Source: Candidatus Saccharimonadota bacterium (lineage in GTDB: Bacteria; Patescibacteriota; Saccharimonadia; CAILAD01; BJGX01). Taken from it: DNA of 64,000 nucleotides. Where the stretch lies: assembly GCA_016191105.1 (NCBI GenBank), contig JACPPH010000005.1:721-64720 (forward strand), read 5' to 3'. The position numbers and the translations under genes were made by a program. Position 1 is the stretch's first letter. Each line of letters opens with the position of its first letter. Shown here one piece after another: positions 21,134 through 30,200 of the stretch. A model generated the notes under the pieces. That model did no database searches. It was given only the letters and a program-made list of their open reading frames with translations, and was not told where the DNA came from.

Positions 21134-22858
21134 ATGTGGAAGTATCTACGGTTTAAATTACGTCGTAAATCTCGCCGCATGTATTATCATCTTCACCTTT
21201 GGCGTATTTGGCTGTTGAACTACTTTAGTCGTCATATCTACGGTGGCTGGCAAAAGCTAGGTTCTATGCGAAGCGTAATGGTGGCTTGGCTGGGGTTAGT
21301 TTTGATTTGTTACTGGGGATTGCTGGTAGGCATTCAAAATCTCGATGCCCGCTATGTTGCCACAGTACCCGCCTATGGAGGTAATTATTCTGAAGGATTG
21401 ACCGGAGAGTTGAGATCTATGAATCCAATTTTTGCCGACAACTCGGCGTCCAAGGACATCTCGGCTTTAATATTTTCGGGCTTAACCAAGATCGACCCGA
21501 GCGGAGGCTATGCTGGTGATCTAGCCAACAATTGGGATGTAAGCCCAGACAAAAAGAGCTATACATTTTATCTTCGATCCAATGCCAAATGGCAAGATGG
21601 CCGTCCGGTAACAGCCGAGGATATAGCCTTTACGGTCTCTGTTATTCAAAACCCTGATACCCGCAGCCCATATAGCGCTGACTGGAAGGGTGTTCAGGCC
21701 GAAGTACTCAATAGCTCAACCGTACGCTTTAACTTGCCAGCCAGCTATAGCGAGTTTTTATACACGACTACGGTAGGGATATTGCCCAAACACATACTGG
21801 CCAATGTTAAACCTTCGTTGCTCAAGCTGCATGAATTCAATCAAAGACCAATCGGCAGCGGTCCGTATCGGTATGTAGGTGGGTCGGCCAATTCGGGAGT
21901 GGTTCGACTACAAGCATTTAGTGAGTTTTATATGGGTCGGCCATACATTCCAACCATGCAAATGTACATATACCCAACCGAGCGCGACCAGATTACGGCC
22001 TATGAGCGCAAAGAAATTATGGGTATTTCTCAAATAGAACCCCCAGACTACCAAACGCTTTCTAAAATTGAAAACCTTAAGCTATATCAGCTCAAGCAGC
22101 CGGCCTATGTGGCGGTGTTTTTCAACCTCAAAAACAGTAAGCTTACCAAGCCTCTTCGTCAAGCTCTAGCCTACGCCACCAATCGCGACACTATAGTAAG
22201 TGGAGTGCTGTACAGTCAGGGGGTGCGATCACAACTGCCATTGCCGGCCGGCTTTAGTGGTTTTACTGCTGACACCACCCGTTATGACTATAGTCAAGAT
22301 TTGGCACGCTCATCGCTAGCTACTGCTAAGGCACAAGACACCACTCTGAATCTTGTAACCCTAAAAGGCTCGGTCTACCAACAGGTAGCCGAATCGTTAA
22401 AAAAACAGTGGCAAGCAATAGGGGTTAATCTAAACATAAATGCAGTTGACGCCACGAGTTTGCAGCAAGACTATGTTCGACCCCGTAATTATGATCTACT
22501 GCTGTATGGCCAAAACCTGGGTGCTGGCTCAGACGAATATAGTTTTTGGCATTCCAGCCAAGTCGACGATCCTGGGTTAAATTTAAGCAGTTACAAGAAT
22601 AGTAATGTCGATCGCGATCTAGAAGCCGGGCGAATTGCCAAGGACCCTGCCTACAAAGCTAGCAAATACACAGATTTTTTAAAGCTCTGGAGTCAAGACG
22701 AGCCAGCCATAATCTTATACAATCCTTATTATGACTACGCGCAGAGTGTCGTGTTGAAGGGCTTTAACACAACCCGCATAATAGAGCCCCAAAACCGGTT
22801 CAACAATGTTTACAAATGGTACATAAATACCCGGCCGGCCCTAAAAGCCAGGCAGTAA
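21134..22858 (+). CDS. ABC transporter substrate-binding protein, family 5 (oligopeptide/nickel type)
   Basis: SBP_bac_5-like length and motifs; the true start is probably the internal Met near 21266 (MRSVMVAWLG...), just before a TM/signal segment. Confidence 0.7.
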   Translation: MWKYLRFKLRRKSRRMYYHLHLWRIWLLNYFSRHIYGGWQKLGSMRSVMVAWLGLVLICYWGLLVGIQNLDARYVATVPAYGGNYSEGLTGELRSMNPIFADNSASKDISALIFSGLTKIDPSGGYAGDLANNWDVSPDKKSYTFYLRSNAKWQDGRPVTAEDIAFTVSVIQNPDTRSPYSADWKGVQAEVLNSSTVRFNLPASYSEFLYTTTVGILPKHILANVKPSLLKLHEFNQRPIGSGPYRYVGGSANSGVVRLQAFSEFYMGRPYIPTMQMYIYPTERDQITAYERKEIMGISQIEPPDYQTLSKIENLKLYQLKQPAYVAVFFNLKNSKLTKPLRQALAYATNRDTIVSGVLYSQGVRSQLPLPAGFSGFTADTTRYDYSQDLARSSLATAKAQDTTLNLVTLKGSVYQQVAESLKKQWQAIGVNLNINAVDATSLQQDYVRPRNYDLLLYGQNLGAGSDEYSFWHSSQVDDPGLNLSSYKNSNVDRDLEAGRIAKDPAYKASKYTDFLKLWSQDEPAIILYNPYYDYAQSVVLKGFNTTRIIEPQNRFNNVYKWYINTRPALKARQ

Positions 22859-23314
22859 TTATTTAGCTTTTTCCCAGTCTTCAACTACACCCAAGGCTAG
22901 TTGTTCAAGCTCTTGGAGATGGACAAGCTCTACTGGCCTCAACGACTGTCTGTTTATTTCGGCTAAATTATGATCACCCTCAAAGTGCTGTTGTGATAAT
23001 TTCTCTCTTGCGCAGGCATATACTACCCTTGGAATATTGGACCACTCAGTTGCTCCATAGCACATTAAACAAGGCTCCATCGATGAATACATAGTGGTAT
23101 CACTCAAGTCTGTTGTCTTAAGTTGGTGACAAGCTTTGCGGATGGCCTCAATTTCTGCGTGGCTGGTAGGGTCATTGAGCTGGTTGCCACTACTTACACC
23201 AGACGCGAGGATTTTGCTTTCTTTAACAACAATGGCGCCGGCGGGGAATCCGCCCCTTTCAACTGACTCCCGCGATAGCTCAATTGCTTTCTCTAAGTAA
23301 GCTCTATCATTCAT
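22859..23314 (-). CDS. nucleoside/tRNA-adenosine deaminase (CDA fold)
   Basis: HAE...PCxMC zinc-binding signature (HAEIEAIRKA...PCLMCYGA). Confidence 0.75.
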   Translation of the reverse strand: MNDRAYLEKAIELSRESVERGGFPAGAIVVKESKILASGVSSGNQLNDPTSHAEIEAIRKACHQLKTTDLSDTTMYSSMEPCLMCYGATEWSNIPRVVYACAREKLSQQHFEGDHNLAEINRQSLRPVELVHLQELEQLALGVVEDWEKAK

Positions 23315-23368
23315 AATTGCAGTGGTGTCTATCTACAACGAGGCTCGAACCTATTTCCAAGAAAAAGC

Positions 23369-24235
23369 CTAAAGTAAGCCCCGCCGTTTGCCAGCCAAAG
23401 GCTGACCCGCCCCGCCAGCCCTGGATTTTGATTGTTTTTGGATTTCCCCCGCCAAATTTCTTTGCGTTGTATTTTCGGGTTCGGTCAACCAGAAGACAAC
23501 CGGATTTTTGCTACCAAAAATGGCTATCTTAGGTTCTGGTTTTGGCTGCGGGATAGAGCGGCTCAAGGTCATAACGGTCTCTGCTTGTACTCGGGCACCA
23601 GTATCGTCCAAGCCTATTTTGAATTTTTGTTTAACTTCATCTAGTTCGTTTCTGTTTAACGCTACGATCTCTGTCATTTTTCTTTCATAATCAATCTGCT
23701 GTGCCGGAACTATTACTTGGTCGTAGTGTTCGGGAGCTGCGTCCTTGAAGCCCGCAGCTAGTCTACTAGCCGCAATAAACAGATTATAGTAACCGCTGCT
23801 TTGCAGGCTTTCGAGCGGTATTTCCGCAAACCACATAAGCGCAGCTCGTCCGTCGTCAAGATTAAGGGGTGCAATCGCTACTTGAACATTGTTGACGTTG
23901 GCGAGAGCTAGGTCTGAAAACGAAACAGCTAGACGTGCAGCACCGGCATAGTCAGTCAGTGTAGACTTCTTTGCTTTTATAGTCTCCCGCCAAACCATCT
24001 TTTTCGTATCAATTGTTGCCGTAACAGTTCGTGTTCCGGGGTCTATATCTATACACATTAGGTCATCAAAGAAACCTGTTTGCAAATTTTCTGCCACAGT
24101 TGGTAGAACAATTTCTTGGTGTTGCACATATGAGTCGGCAGCTTTTGCCGCACCGTTCAACGTAATAATGTCAATCGCCGAAACACCTTTTTCAAAAACA
24201 AGGGCTTGGTCATCAAATTGGCTCTGGTATCGCAT
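23369..24235 (-). CDS. hypothetical protein (cargo gene A; 3' end runs through IR1-left)
   Basis: 288 aa; the last ~25 codons are encoded by the inverted repeat. Confidence 0.5.
   Translation of the reverse strand: MRYQSQFDDQALVFEKGVSAIDIITLNGAAKAADSYVQHQEIVLPTVAENLQTGFFDDLMCIDIDPGTRTVTATIDTKKMVWRETIKAKKSTLTDYAGAARLAVSFSDLALANVNNVQVAIAPLNLDDGRAALMWFAEIPLESLQSSGYYNLFIAASRLAAGFKDAAPEHYDQVIVPAQQIDYERKMTEIVALNRNELDEVKQKFKIGLDDTGARVQAETVMTLSRSIPQPKPEPKIAIFGSKNPVVFWLTEPENTTQRNLAGEIQKQSKSRAGGAGQPLAGKRRGLL
23387..23453. repeat. IR1 left copy (~65 bp, perfect inverted match to 24820-24886)
   Basis: GGCTGACCCGCCCCGCCAGCCCTGGATTTTGATTGTTTTTGGATTTCCCCCGCCAAATTTC; its reverse complement is present at 24820-24886. 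Confidence 0.9.
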
Positions 24236-24297
24236 TTTTATTACTCCTTGCGTATAATTATAACTGAAATTGTTAGCAAAAACTTGAAAGGGAAACT

Positions 24298-24747
24298 ATG
24301 CAAGACGACAATCAGCAACCACGAGACGACCAGCAATACCACAACCCAGTAGACGGCCAAACTTACGTAACGAACGGCACATGGCAGACACACAACCCTG
24401 CAAGCCCTGCGCCCGAACCAACAGGACCAGTGAAGCTGGAGGGCGTCCGTCTCTTGGCCGATGAACAGACAGTTGCGGCTAGTGTTTCCACTGAAGCCCT
24501 CAGCCAGTACATTAAAAGTATCTCTGGAGTTGTTGAAGCAGTCGCAAAAGACTCGCCTACGGCATTCGAGCTTCTTATTCAGTTTGAGCTGGCAACCGAT
24601 AAGCCAGTGTCTGTACAAATCAGTAATCAGGGTGAAGTATCTCAAGAGTTATTACAAAAAATCTACGAAGCACTAGGCACATTACAAGCACCTGCTGTTT
24701 CTGGAAATCCAGTACCATTCCAGGTGCACTACAAGATTAACCCCTAG
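24298..24747 (+). CDS. hypothetical protein (cargo gene B), Gln/Asp-rich N-terminus
   Basis: 149 aa, divergent from gene A, with a 62-bp AT-rich shared promoter region between them. Confidence 0.45.
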   Translation: MQDDNQQPRDDQQYHNPVDGQTYVTNGTWQTHNPASPAPEPTGPVKLEGVRLLADEQTVAASVSTEALSQYIKSISGVVEAVAKDSPTAFELLIQFELATDKPVSVQISNQGEVSQELLQKIYEALGTLQAPAVSGNPVPFQVHYKINP

Positions 24748-24819
24748 CACCGACCACCACGCCGTTTCTGCCGTTTTCGGCAGCCGACCCGACAGACCTG
24801 GATTTTCTCAACTGAAAAA

Positions 24820-24886
24820 AAGAAATTTGGCGGGGGAAATCCAAAAACAATCAAAATCCAGGGCTGGCGGGGCGGGTCAGCCTTTT
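24820..24886. repeat. IR1 right copy
   Basis: Reverse complement of 23387-23453. Confidence 0.9.
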
Positions 24887-25001
24887 TCGGAATTGCCGCT
24901 CATTCGGGCGGTATTTTCTTTGGCTTTGCGGAGCAAAAGCCATATGTTCTTGGGGGGAAACGTATTTGGGGCAGCCGTTGGATGCGCCTTTTTGGTTTTT
25001 A
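24883..25001. repeat. IR2 left copy (~120 bp; 2 mismatches to the inverted copy at 26547-26667)
   Basis: Immediately abuts IR1-right; lies upstream of the recombinase start. Confidence 0.9.
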
Positions 25002-25151
25002 GCCGCCATTGGCGGTTTTTGGTATAATTGCAAGTGGAACCAATTCAGTAGTTGTCTTTTTCGTTTGTCGGCTTTAATAGCCGTCTCGGACAATTTAAGG
25101 CAACTTGAATTGGTTCCACCGAGGCGGCTATTTAAGTTGAGAGGGGGTGCT

Positions 25152-26714
25152 ATGAACGAAAAATATTATTTATACGCCAGAAAATCTACTGACGTAGAGG
25201 ACAAACAAGTTTTGTCTATTGAGGCGCAACTCGTTGAGTTGCGAGAATACGCCAAGCGAGAGAGTTTGCATATTGCCGCCGAGTTTGTGGAGAAAAAGTC
25301 CGCCAAGACAACGGGCAGACCCATATTCGGCAAGTTGTTAGCTGAAATAGAGCAAAATGGCGGCAATATTCTGGCGTGGCACCCAGATAGACTGGCTAGA
25401 AATAGTGTGGACGGTGGACAGATTGTCTATTTACTAGACAGCGGACAACTCGGCACACTCAAGTTCCCCTCTTTTTGGTTTGAGAATACTTCTCAAGGCA
25501 AGTTTATGTTGTCCATAGCGTTTGGACAGTCAAAGTATTATGTAGACAATCTGTCCGAAAACACCAAAAGAGGTTTGCGCCAAAAGGTGCGGCGGGGCGA
25601 ACGCCCCGGCCTTGCACCTGTCGGTTACATCAACGATGTACGCACAAAAACAGTTGTCGTAGACAAACGGCGTTCGCCTATTGTCATTGAGGCTTTTGGG
25701 TTGTACGCAAAAGGCAATCAACGGCTTGAGGATATTGCGAGCTTTCTTGCTAGTAAAGGAATACTAACCAAATCTGGCAAGCAATTCCCCAAAGACAAAA
25801 TTAAGCGTATGCTGACAAATCCGTTTTACTACGGACATTTCCGCTATTTTGGCGAGATACACGAGGGCAAACATACAGCCATAATTTCCAAGAAACTGTT
25901 TGACGAGGTGCAAGCTACGCTTGCCAAGCGTGGACGACCACAAAAAGGCGCAACTGCTCCACAGATTTTCTGTGGCTTGCTGCGTTGTGCAACCTGCAAT
26001 CTAGCCATAACTGCCGAAAAGAAAGTAAAACATCAAAAGAACGGCAATATTCACGAATACGTGTACTACCGTTGCACAAGAAAGCACAAAACAATCCGTT
26101 GCACCGAGCCAGCAGTAACCGAACCAGAACTAGCAACACAGCTCACAGACATTTTGCATAGCTACGCTATACCCAAAAGTTGGGCAGAACAACTAGAAAC
26201 AATGCTTGCTGCTGATGAAAAGAAAGCTAACCAATCCTCTGGAGTGTTTGTGGCTAACGCACAAACACGACTTGCGAGCTTGCAGGGCAAGCTCCAGCGA
26301 CTTTTAGACGGCTATTTAGACCAAGATATAGAGCAGAGTGTCTATCGGGCTAAACAAGCTGAGCTAATGTCCGAGAAAAAGTCGCTAGAGGAACAAGTCA
26401 GCAAGTTCACGCTTGCTAGTAATAGTTGGGTTGAACCTATGCGCCAGTGGCTCAAACAAGCGTATGACCTCAATGGAATTGCAGAGAGTGGCGAGCATAG
26501 TGCGATAAAGTCCGCTTTTCTTGAGATGGACGGATTGAAACTGTTTCTAAAAACCAAAAAGGCGCAGCCAACGGCTGCCCCAAATACGTTTCCCCCCAAG
26601 AACATATGGCTTCTGCTCCGCAAAGCCAAAGAAAATACCGCCCGAATGAGCGGCAATTCCGAAAAAAGTTTTCTAATGGTGCCGCGGAGAGGACTCGAAC
26701 CTCCACGAGCGTAA
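25152..26714 (+). CDS. large serine recombinase (resolvase catalytic domain, zinc ribbon, coiled coil)
   Basis: YLYARKSTDVEDKQ...SIEAQ catalytic-Ser region; CGLLRCATCN...YYRCT zinc ribbon. GAGGGGG RBS before the ATG at 25152. The last 12 codons (..MVPRRGLEPPRA*) read antisense through the tRNA-Leu T-arm. Confidence 0.9.
   Translation: MNEKYYLYARKSTDVEDKQVLSIEAQLVELREYAKRESLHIAAEFVEKKSAKTTGRPIFGKLLAEIEQNGGNILAWHPDRLARNSVDGGQIVYLLDSGQLGTLKFPSFWFENTSQGKFMLSIAFGQSKYYVDNLSENTKRGLRQKVRRGERPGLAPVGYINDVRTKTVVVDKRRSPIVIEAFGLYAKGNQRLEDIASFLASKGILTKSGKQFPKDKIKRMLTNPFYYGHFRYFGEIHEGKHTAIISKKLFDEVQATLAKRGRPQKGATAPQIFCGLLRCATCNLAITAEKKVKHQKNGNIHEYVYYRCTRKHKTIRCTEPAVTEPELATQLTDILHSYAIPKSWAEQLETMLAADEKKANQSSGVFVANAQTRLASLQGKLQRLLDGYLDQDIEQSVYRAKQAELMSEKKSLEEQVSKFTLASNSWVEPMRQWLKQAYDLNGIAESGEHSAIKSAFLEMDGLKLFLKTKKAQPTAAPNTFPPKNIWLLLRKAKENTARMSGNSEKSFLMVPRRGLEPPRA
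26547..26667. repeat. IR2 right copy (inside the recombinase 3' coding region)
   Basis: Reverse complement of 24883-25001 with 2 mismatches. Confidence 0.9.
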
Positions 26715-26763
26715 TGCTCACTAGAACCTGAATCTAGCGTGTCTACCAATTCCACCACCGCGG
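26678..26763 (-). tRNA. tRNA-Leu (anticodon CAG)
   Basis: Hand-folded cloverleaf: GCCGCGG acceptor, CTAGA-TTCAGGT-TCTAG anticodon arm, long variable arm, GGTTCGAGT T-loop, CCA encoded. Confidence 0.8.
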
Positions 26764-26806
26764 CGTGGTTTAACTTGAGTATTTTACTATAGACGGGTCA
26801 ATATGG

Positions 26807-27673
26807 CTATTTTGTATAGAAGAAGTTATAGCCGCCGTCGTAAGCTCGATCCCAGGTGTAAGCTGGGTCTAGCAAACACCACACACTATGGTAGCAATCA
26901 ACACCGGCCCGTTGGGCCTCATAGCTCACGGCCTTAGCGTGTTCCACTACGTTATTAACACGCGCCAAGGTTGCGCCCTCTGGGGCGCCAGCGACTACAC
27001 GCAAACAAAATGAATTATTAACTGGAATGCCAAAGCTAAAGCGCCCATCATCACCAGTTACTACATTACGATCACCGCTACAGGTGTTTAGGGTAACCCC
27101 CTTAACAGGTTCATTATTAAGGGTTACCCGGCCGTTAACAACTACGTTGTAGCTACCAGAGGTAACCACGAAGGGGTTGGGTGGCGGAGATGATGCCGAC
27201 ACGGCCGCAATTTGAGAAGACGGGTTAAGCGTGTTGTCGTTGGTGCTGGCAGGCACATCGGCGCCGCTTATCCAGCAACGATAGCTGGCATTCCAGGGCT
27301 GAGTGCCGCGCCTGGCAAAGGTGTTGTTAAATGCCTGGTCTTGCACAGCCGGTGGGGCTTGACGTGGATCGGGGTATTGAGCTGCCAAGTCGGGGCCAAC
27401 TGCACCTTTCCATGTGCCATAGTCAAACTGATAAGCGCCAAAGTTGGTGCCATTGCTGGCCTGGTAGTTGCCTCCAGATTCACAACGAGCGATTCTTGAA
27501 CGCCAGTAGTCTGGGTTGGTGTTAAAAACTGGAGTTCCGGCTGCATATATTTGAGTAATTATAAATACGCCAACACCCACAAATACAAAAACTAAACCGA
27601 GCAACAGAAACTTGTTGCGTTTGGTAATGGTAAGTTTGTTTTTGCCGATTCGGGACTTGGTTTTGGCAGCCAT
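26807..27673 (-). CDS. Rpf-like transglycosylase-domain protein with N-terminal TM anchor
   Basis: IARCESGGNYQASNGTNFGAYQFDYGTW matches the transglycosylase-like (Rpf) domain signature. Confidence 0.7.
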   Translation of the reverse strand: MAAKTKSRIGKNKLTITKRNKFLLLGLVFVFVGVGVFIITQIYAAGTPVFNTNPDYWRSRIARCESGGNYQASNGTNFGAYQFDYGTWKGAVGPDLAAQYPDPRQAPPAVQDQAFNNTFARRGTQPWNASYRCWISGADVPASTNDNTLNPSSQIAAVSASSPPPNPFVVTSGSYNVVVNGRVTLNNEPVKGVTLNTCSGDRNVVTGDDGRFSFGIPVNNSFCLRVVAGAPEGATLARVNNVVEHAKAVSYEAQRAGVDCYHSVWCLLDPAYTWDRAYDGGYNFFYTK

Positions 27674-27773
27674 AATTTGGTATAAACCTTACGCTTAGCC
27701 TATCTTATAATCAGGCCATAGTCAAGCTGGCTAGCTTGCTGCCTACCAACATACTTGTTATGATTTTAGAGAT

Positions 27774-29411
27774 ATGAAAAGCCCCATCAAAGATCTCGCT
27801 AGCCAATTAAGCGGTGAAGTTACAATAGCCGAGTCAGCTCGTCGCTACTTTTCTACCGATGGCAGCATATTTACTGTTAAACCAAAAATGGTCATTTATC
27901 CGCGCAATGAGACCGATGTGGTAAATGTGGTTAAGTATTTGAACTGGAAGGCTCAAGAAGGCGAGGTGATTAATCTAACCGCCCGTGGCAAAGGCACCGA
28001 CCAAGGCGGCGGCGCTCTGGGCAATGGTGCCATGTTGGTGTTTCCGGCCCATATGAAGGCACTCAAACACATCGATAAAGAAACCATTACCGTGCAACCC
28101 GGCATGATTTACGCTCACCTGCAAGGAATCTTGCACAGCCACTGGCGTTTTTTACCGCCGTACCCTGCTAGCATAGATTTTTGTACTATTGGTGGGGCAG
28201 TGGCCAACAATGCGGCTGGCGAGAAGACCCTTAAGTACGGCTCTACTCGGCACTGGGTTAAGGCGTTGCGTGTAGTTTTGAGCAATGGCGATGTTATTAC
28301 CACCAGTCGTTTAAACAAAAAAGAGCTAAGAGCCAAGAAAGCTCAAAGCGACTTCGAAGGCCATTTGTATCGCGAGATCGATGCTATGATCGAAGCCAAC
28401 CAAAAACTGTTACACGATCACAACTTGCACGTTAGCAAAAACTCTGCCGGTTACGATCTGTGGGACGTTAAACGTTCAGATGGTAGCCTTGACTTAAGTC
28501 AATTAATTGTCGGCTCCCAAGGCACGCTGGGGGTTGTGTCCGAAGCCACTTTTTATACCGAGGCCTACTCATCCAAAACCACCCTCGTGGTCGGTTATTT
28601 TGAAAGCATTCATAAGGCCCAAGAGGCTGTTCAGCACCTAATGAAGTTACAGCCCAGTGCGCTCGAGGTGGTGGATCATCACTTATTGGAGTTTTTGCAA
28701 AAAAACAAGCCCGAGCAGCTCGCAGGCTTACTGCCGAGCGAAGAGATCCCCCGAATTGTGCTGCTGTGTGAATTTGACGACTCTAAGCCAAAAGCCCAAG
28801 CCAAAAAGGCCAAAGCAGCCAGCGCCATATTCAAACACTATGCCCACGATCAACGCCTAGCAGTCAACAAAGATCAAGAAGACCAGCTGTGGCGCATCCG
28901 CCGGGGAGCGGCGGCCGTAATTTGGACCGTCGATGGGCCCAAAAAAGCCTTGCCAATTATCGAAGACGGTGCCGTGCCGGTCGAAAAACTAGGCGAGTTG
29001 CTAGAAGAAGCCGACAAGATGTTCGCCAAGTACAAGGTCGAAGTAGCTATTTGGGGTCATGCGGGCAATGGCCACCTGCATATTCAGCCGTTTCTGGACC
29101 TGGCCAACTTGCGTGATCGTGCCAAACTGTTTGCGCTTACTAATGCCTTTTACAAATTAGTCATTAAACTTGGCGGCACCACATGCGGTGAACACAACGA
29201 CGGCATTATGCGCGCGCCGTATTTAAAAGCTCTTTATGGTGCTGATCTGTACAAACTTTTCGAAGACGTTAAAAACTTGTTCGACCCCAACAACTTTTTG
29301 AACAATCAAGTGAAAATTGGTGTTAGCCACGAAGACGCTGTAACCAAACTGCGCCGTGAATACAACATGCGTCATTTGCACGACCATCTGCCAGCTAGCT
29401 ACAACCACTAG
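27774..29411 (+). CDS. FAD-binding oxidoreductase (GlcD/D-lactate dehydrogenase family)
   Basis: FAD_binding_4-type N-terminal domain and FAD-oxidase C-terminal domain; 545 aa. Confidence 0.8.
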   Translation: MKSPIKDLASQLSGEVTIAESARRYFSTDGSIFTVKPKMVIYPRNETDVVNVVKYLNWKAQEGEVINLTARGKGTDQGGGALGNGAMLVFPAHMKALKHIDKETITVQPGMIYAHLQGILHSHWRFLPPYPASIDFCTIGGAVANNAAGEKTLKYGSTRHWVKALRVVLSNGDVITTSRLNKKELRAKKAQSDFEGHLYREIDAMIEANQKLLHDHNLHVSKNSAGYDLWDVKRSDGSLDLSQLIVGSQGTLGVVSEATFYTEAYSSKTTLVVGYFESIHKAQEAVQHLMKLQPSALEVVDHHLLEFLQKNKPEQLAGLLPSEEIPRIVLLCEFDDSKPKAQAKKAKAASAIFKHYAHDQRLAVNKDQEDQLWRIRRGAAAVIWTVDGPKKALPIIEDGAVPVEKLGELLEEADKMFAKYKVEVAIWGHAGNGHLHIQPFLDLANLRDRAKLFALTNAFYKLVIKLGGTTCGEHNDGIMRAPYLKALYGADLYKLFEDVKNLFDPNNFLNNQVKIGVSHEDAVTKLRREYNMRHLHDHLPASYNH

Positions 29412-29416
29412 CTGAC

Positions 29417-29479
29417 TTATTGTTCGAAGCTTTAGCTGAGAACTACAGCAGTTCTCGACTGTGGTCTCGAACAATAAAA
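29417..29479. repeat. nested palindromic repeat, copy B
   Basis: CTTATTGTTCGAAG...GAGAACTACAGCAGTTCTC...TCGAACAATAAAA; begins 6 bp after the oxidase stop. Confidence 0.7.
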
Positions 29480-29584
29480 CTAAATATAGTAAAATGTAGC
29501 GGTTAGGCCGCGGTGGTGGAAGTTCGCAAAACACGCAAGCTGTCGAGCAGAAGCGAGCAAGTTATATTAGGCTAGACTAGCCCC

Positions 29585-29686
29585 TCAACTAGTTTGGGGA
29601 GCTGATCAACTTAAAGATTAATAGGCCGCGGTGGCTCAACTAGTTTGGGGAGCTGATCAACTTAAAGATTAATAGGCCGCGGTGGT
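29585..29686 (+). repeat. tandem 51-bp direct repeat x2, each ending in the tRNA-Leu 5' acceptor sequence; a third partial copy lies at 29500-29512
   Basis: Unit CTCAACTAGTTTGGGGAGCTGATCAACTTAAAGATTAATAGGCCGCGGTGG occurs at 29585-29635 and 29636-29686; the second copy runs into the real tRNA start. Confidence 0.8.
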
Positions 29687-29765
29687 GGAATTGGTAGACA
29701 CGCTAGCTTGAGGGGCTAGTGCCCACTTTTCGGGCGTGGAAGTTCGAGTCTTCTCCGCGGCACCA
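29676..29765 (+). tRNA. tRNA-Leu (anticodon GAG)
   Basis: Near-identical arms to the Leu(CAG) gene; anticodon loop CTTGAGG; CCA encoded. Confidence 0.8.
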
Positions 29766-29771
29766 GAAATT

Positions 29772-30200
29772 ATGAATATTATAGACGAAGTTAAAAAACT
29801 CAATCTCCCCATAGGAAGCTATGCGGTTTTCGGAAGCGGCCCAATGCAGGTTCGGAAAATTAAGCCTTTTAATAAAGATATAGACTTAATTGTTACACCC
29901 CAACTTTATGAGCAAATGAAGAGTGCGGGGTGGGATGAGAAATTTTGGGATGAAGGCACCAGATATCTGGTAAAAGGTATTCTTGAAGTATGTGATACTT
30001 GGGATTATCCTCCTTACCACCCAGATGTGGCTAAGCTGATAAAGCAAGCAGAAGTTATCGAAGGTGTGCCATTTGTTCAATTAGAAGAGGTTTTAAAGTA
30101 CAAAAAAGCCTATAATCGCCCAAAGGATCAAGTGGACGCAAAGCTTATTGAGGACTACTTAAGTTCTCAGCTGCCTCAACCACATTCTCCAGCAGCATAG
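29772..30200 (+). CDS. putative nucleotidyltransferase-fold protein
   Basis: GS...DIDL (GSYAVFGSG...NKDIDLIV) resembles a pol-beta-type NTase motif; its 3' end overlaps the folD 3' end convergently. Confidence 0.35.
   Translation: MNIIDEVKKLNLPIGSYAVFGSGPMQVRKIKPFNKDIDLIVTPQLYEQMKSAGWDEKFWDEGTRYLVKGILEVCDTWDYPPYHPDVAKLIKQAEVIEGVPFVQLEEVLKYKKAYNRPKDQVDAKLIEDYLSSQLPQPHSPAA

Larger units (their letters stand above)
23335..26714 (+). mobile_element. serine-recombinase integrative element 1: junction motif, IR1-bounded two-gene cassette, IR2-bounded recombinase, ending in tRNA-Leu(CAG)
   Basis: Far-end motif CAACGAGGCTCGAACCTATTT (23336-23356) is homologous to the motif at 37881-37901; the near end lies in the tRNA T-arm (ACTCGAACCT, 26693-26702). 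Confidence 0.6.

Noticed and set aside
23317-23392. Possible tRNA or tmRNA fragment left of IR1 (contains GAGGCTCGAACCT)
   Set aside because: It does not fold into a cloverleaf. It is better explained as the element-1 end motif, which mimics a tRNA T-arm core.
24827-25027. 66-aa ORF (MAGEIQKQSKSRAGGAGQP...) and its mirror partner 26342..26758 (-)
   Set aside because: Both lie entirely within the IR1/IR2 inverted repeats and simply mirror the real coding sequence on the opposite strand.
29585-29686. Possible CRISPR array
   Set aside because: Only two tandem copies of a 51-bp unit with no spacers, and each ends in the tRNA-Leu 5' end. No cas genes anywhere in the window.
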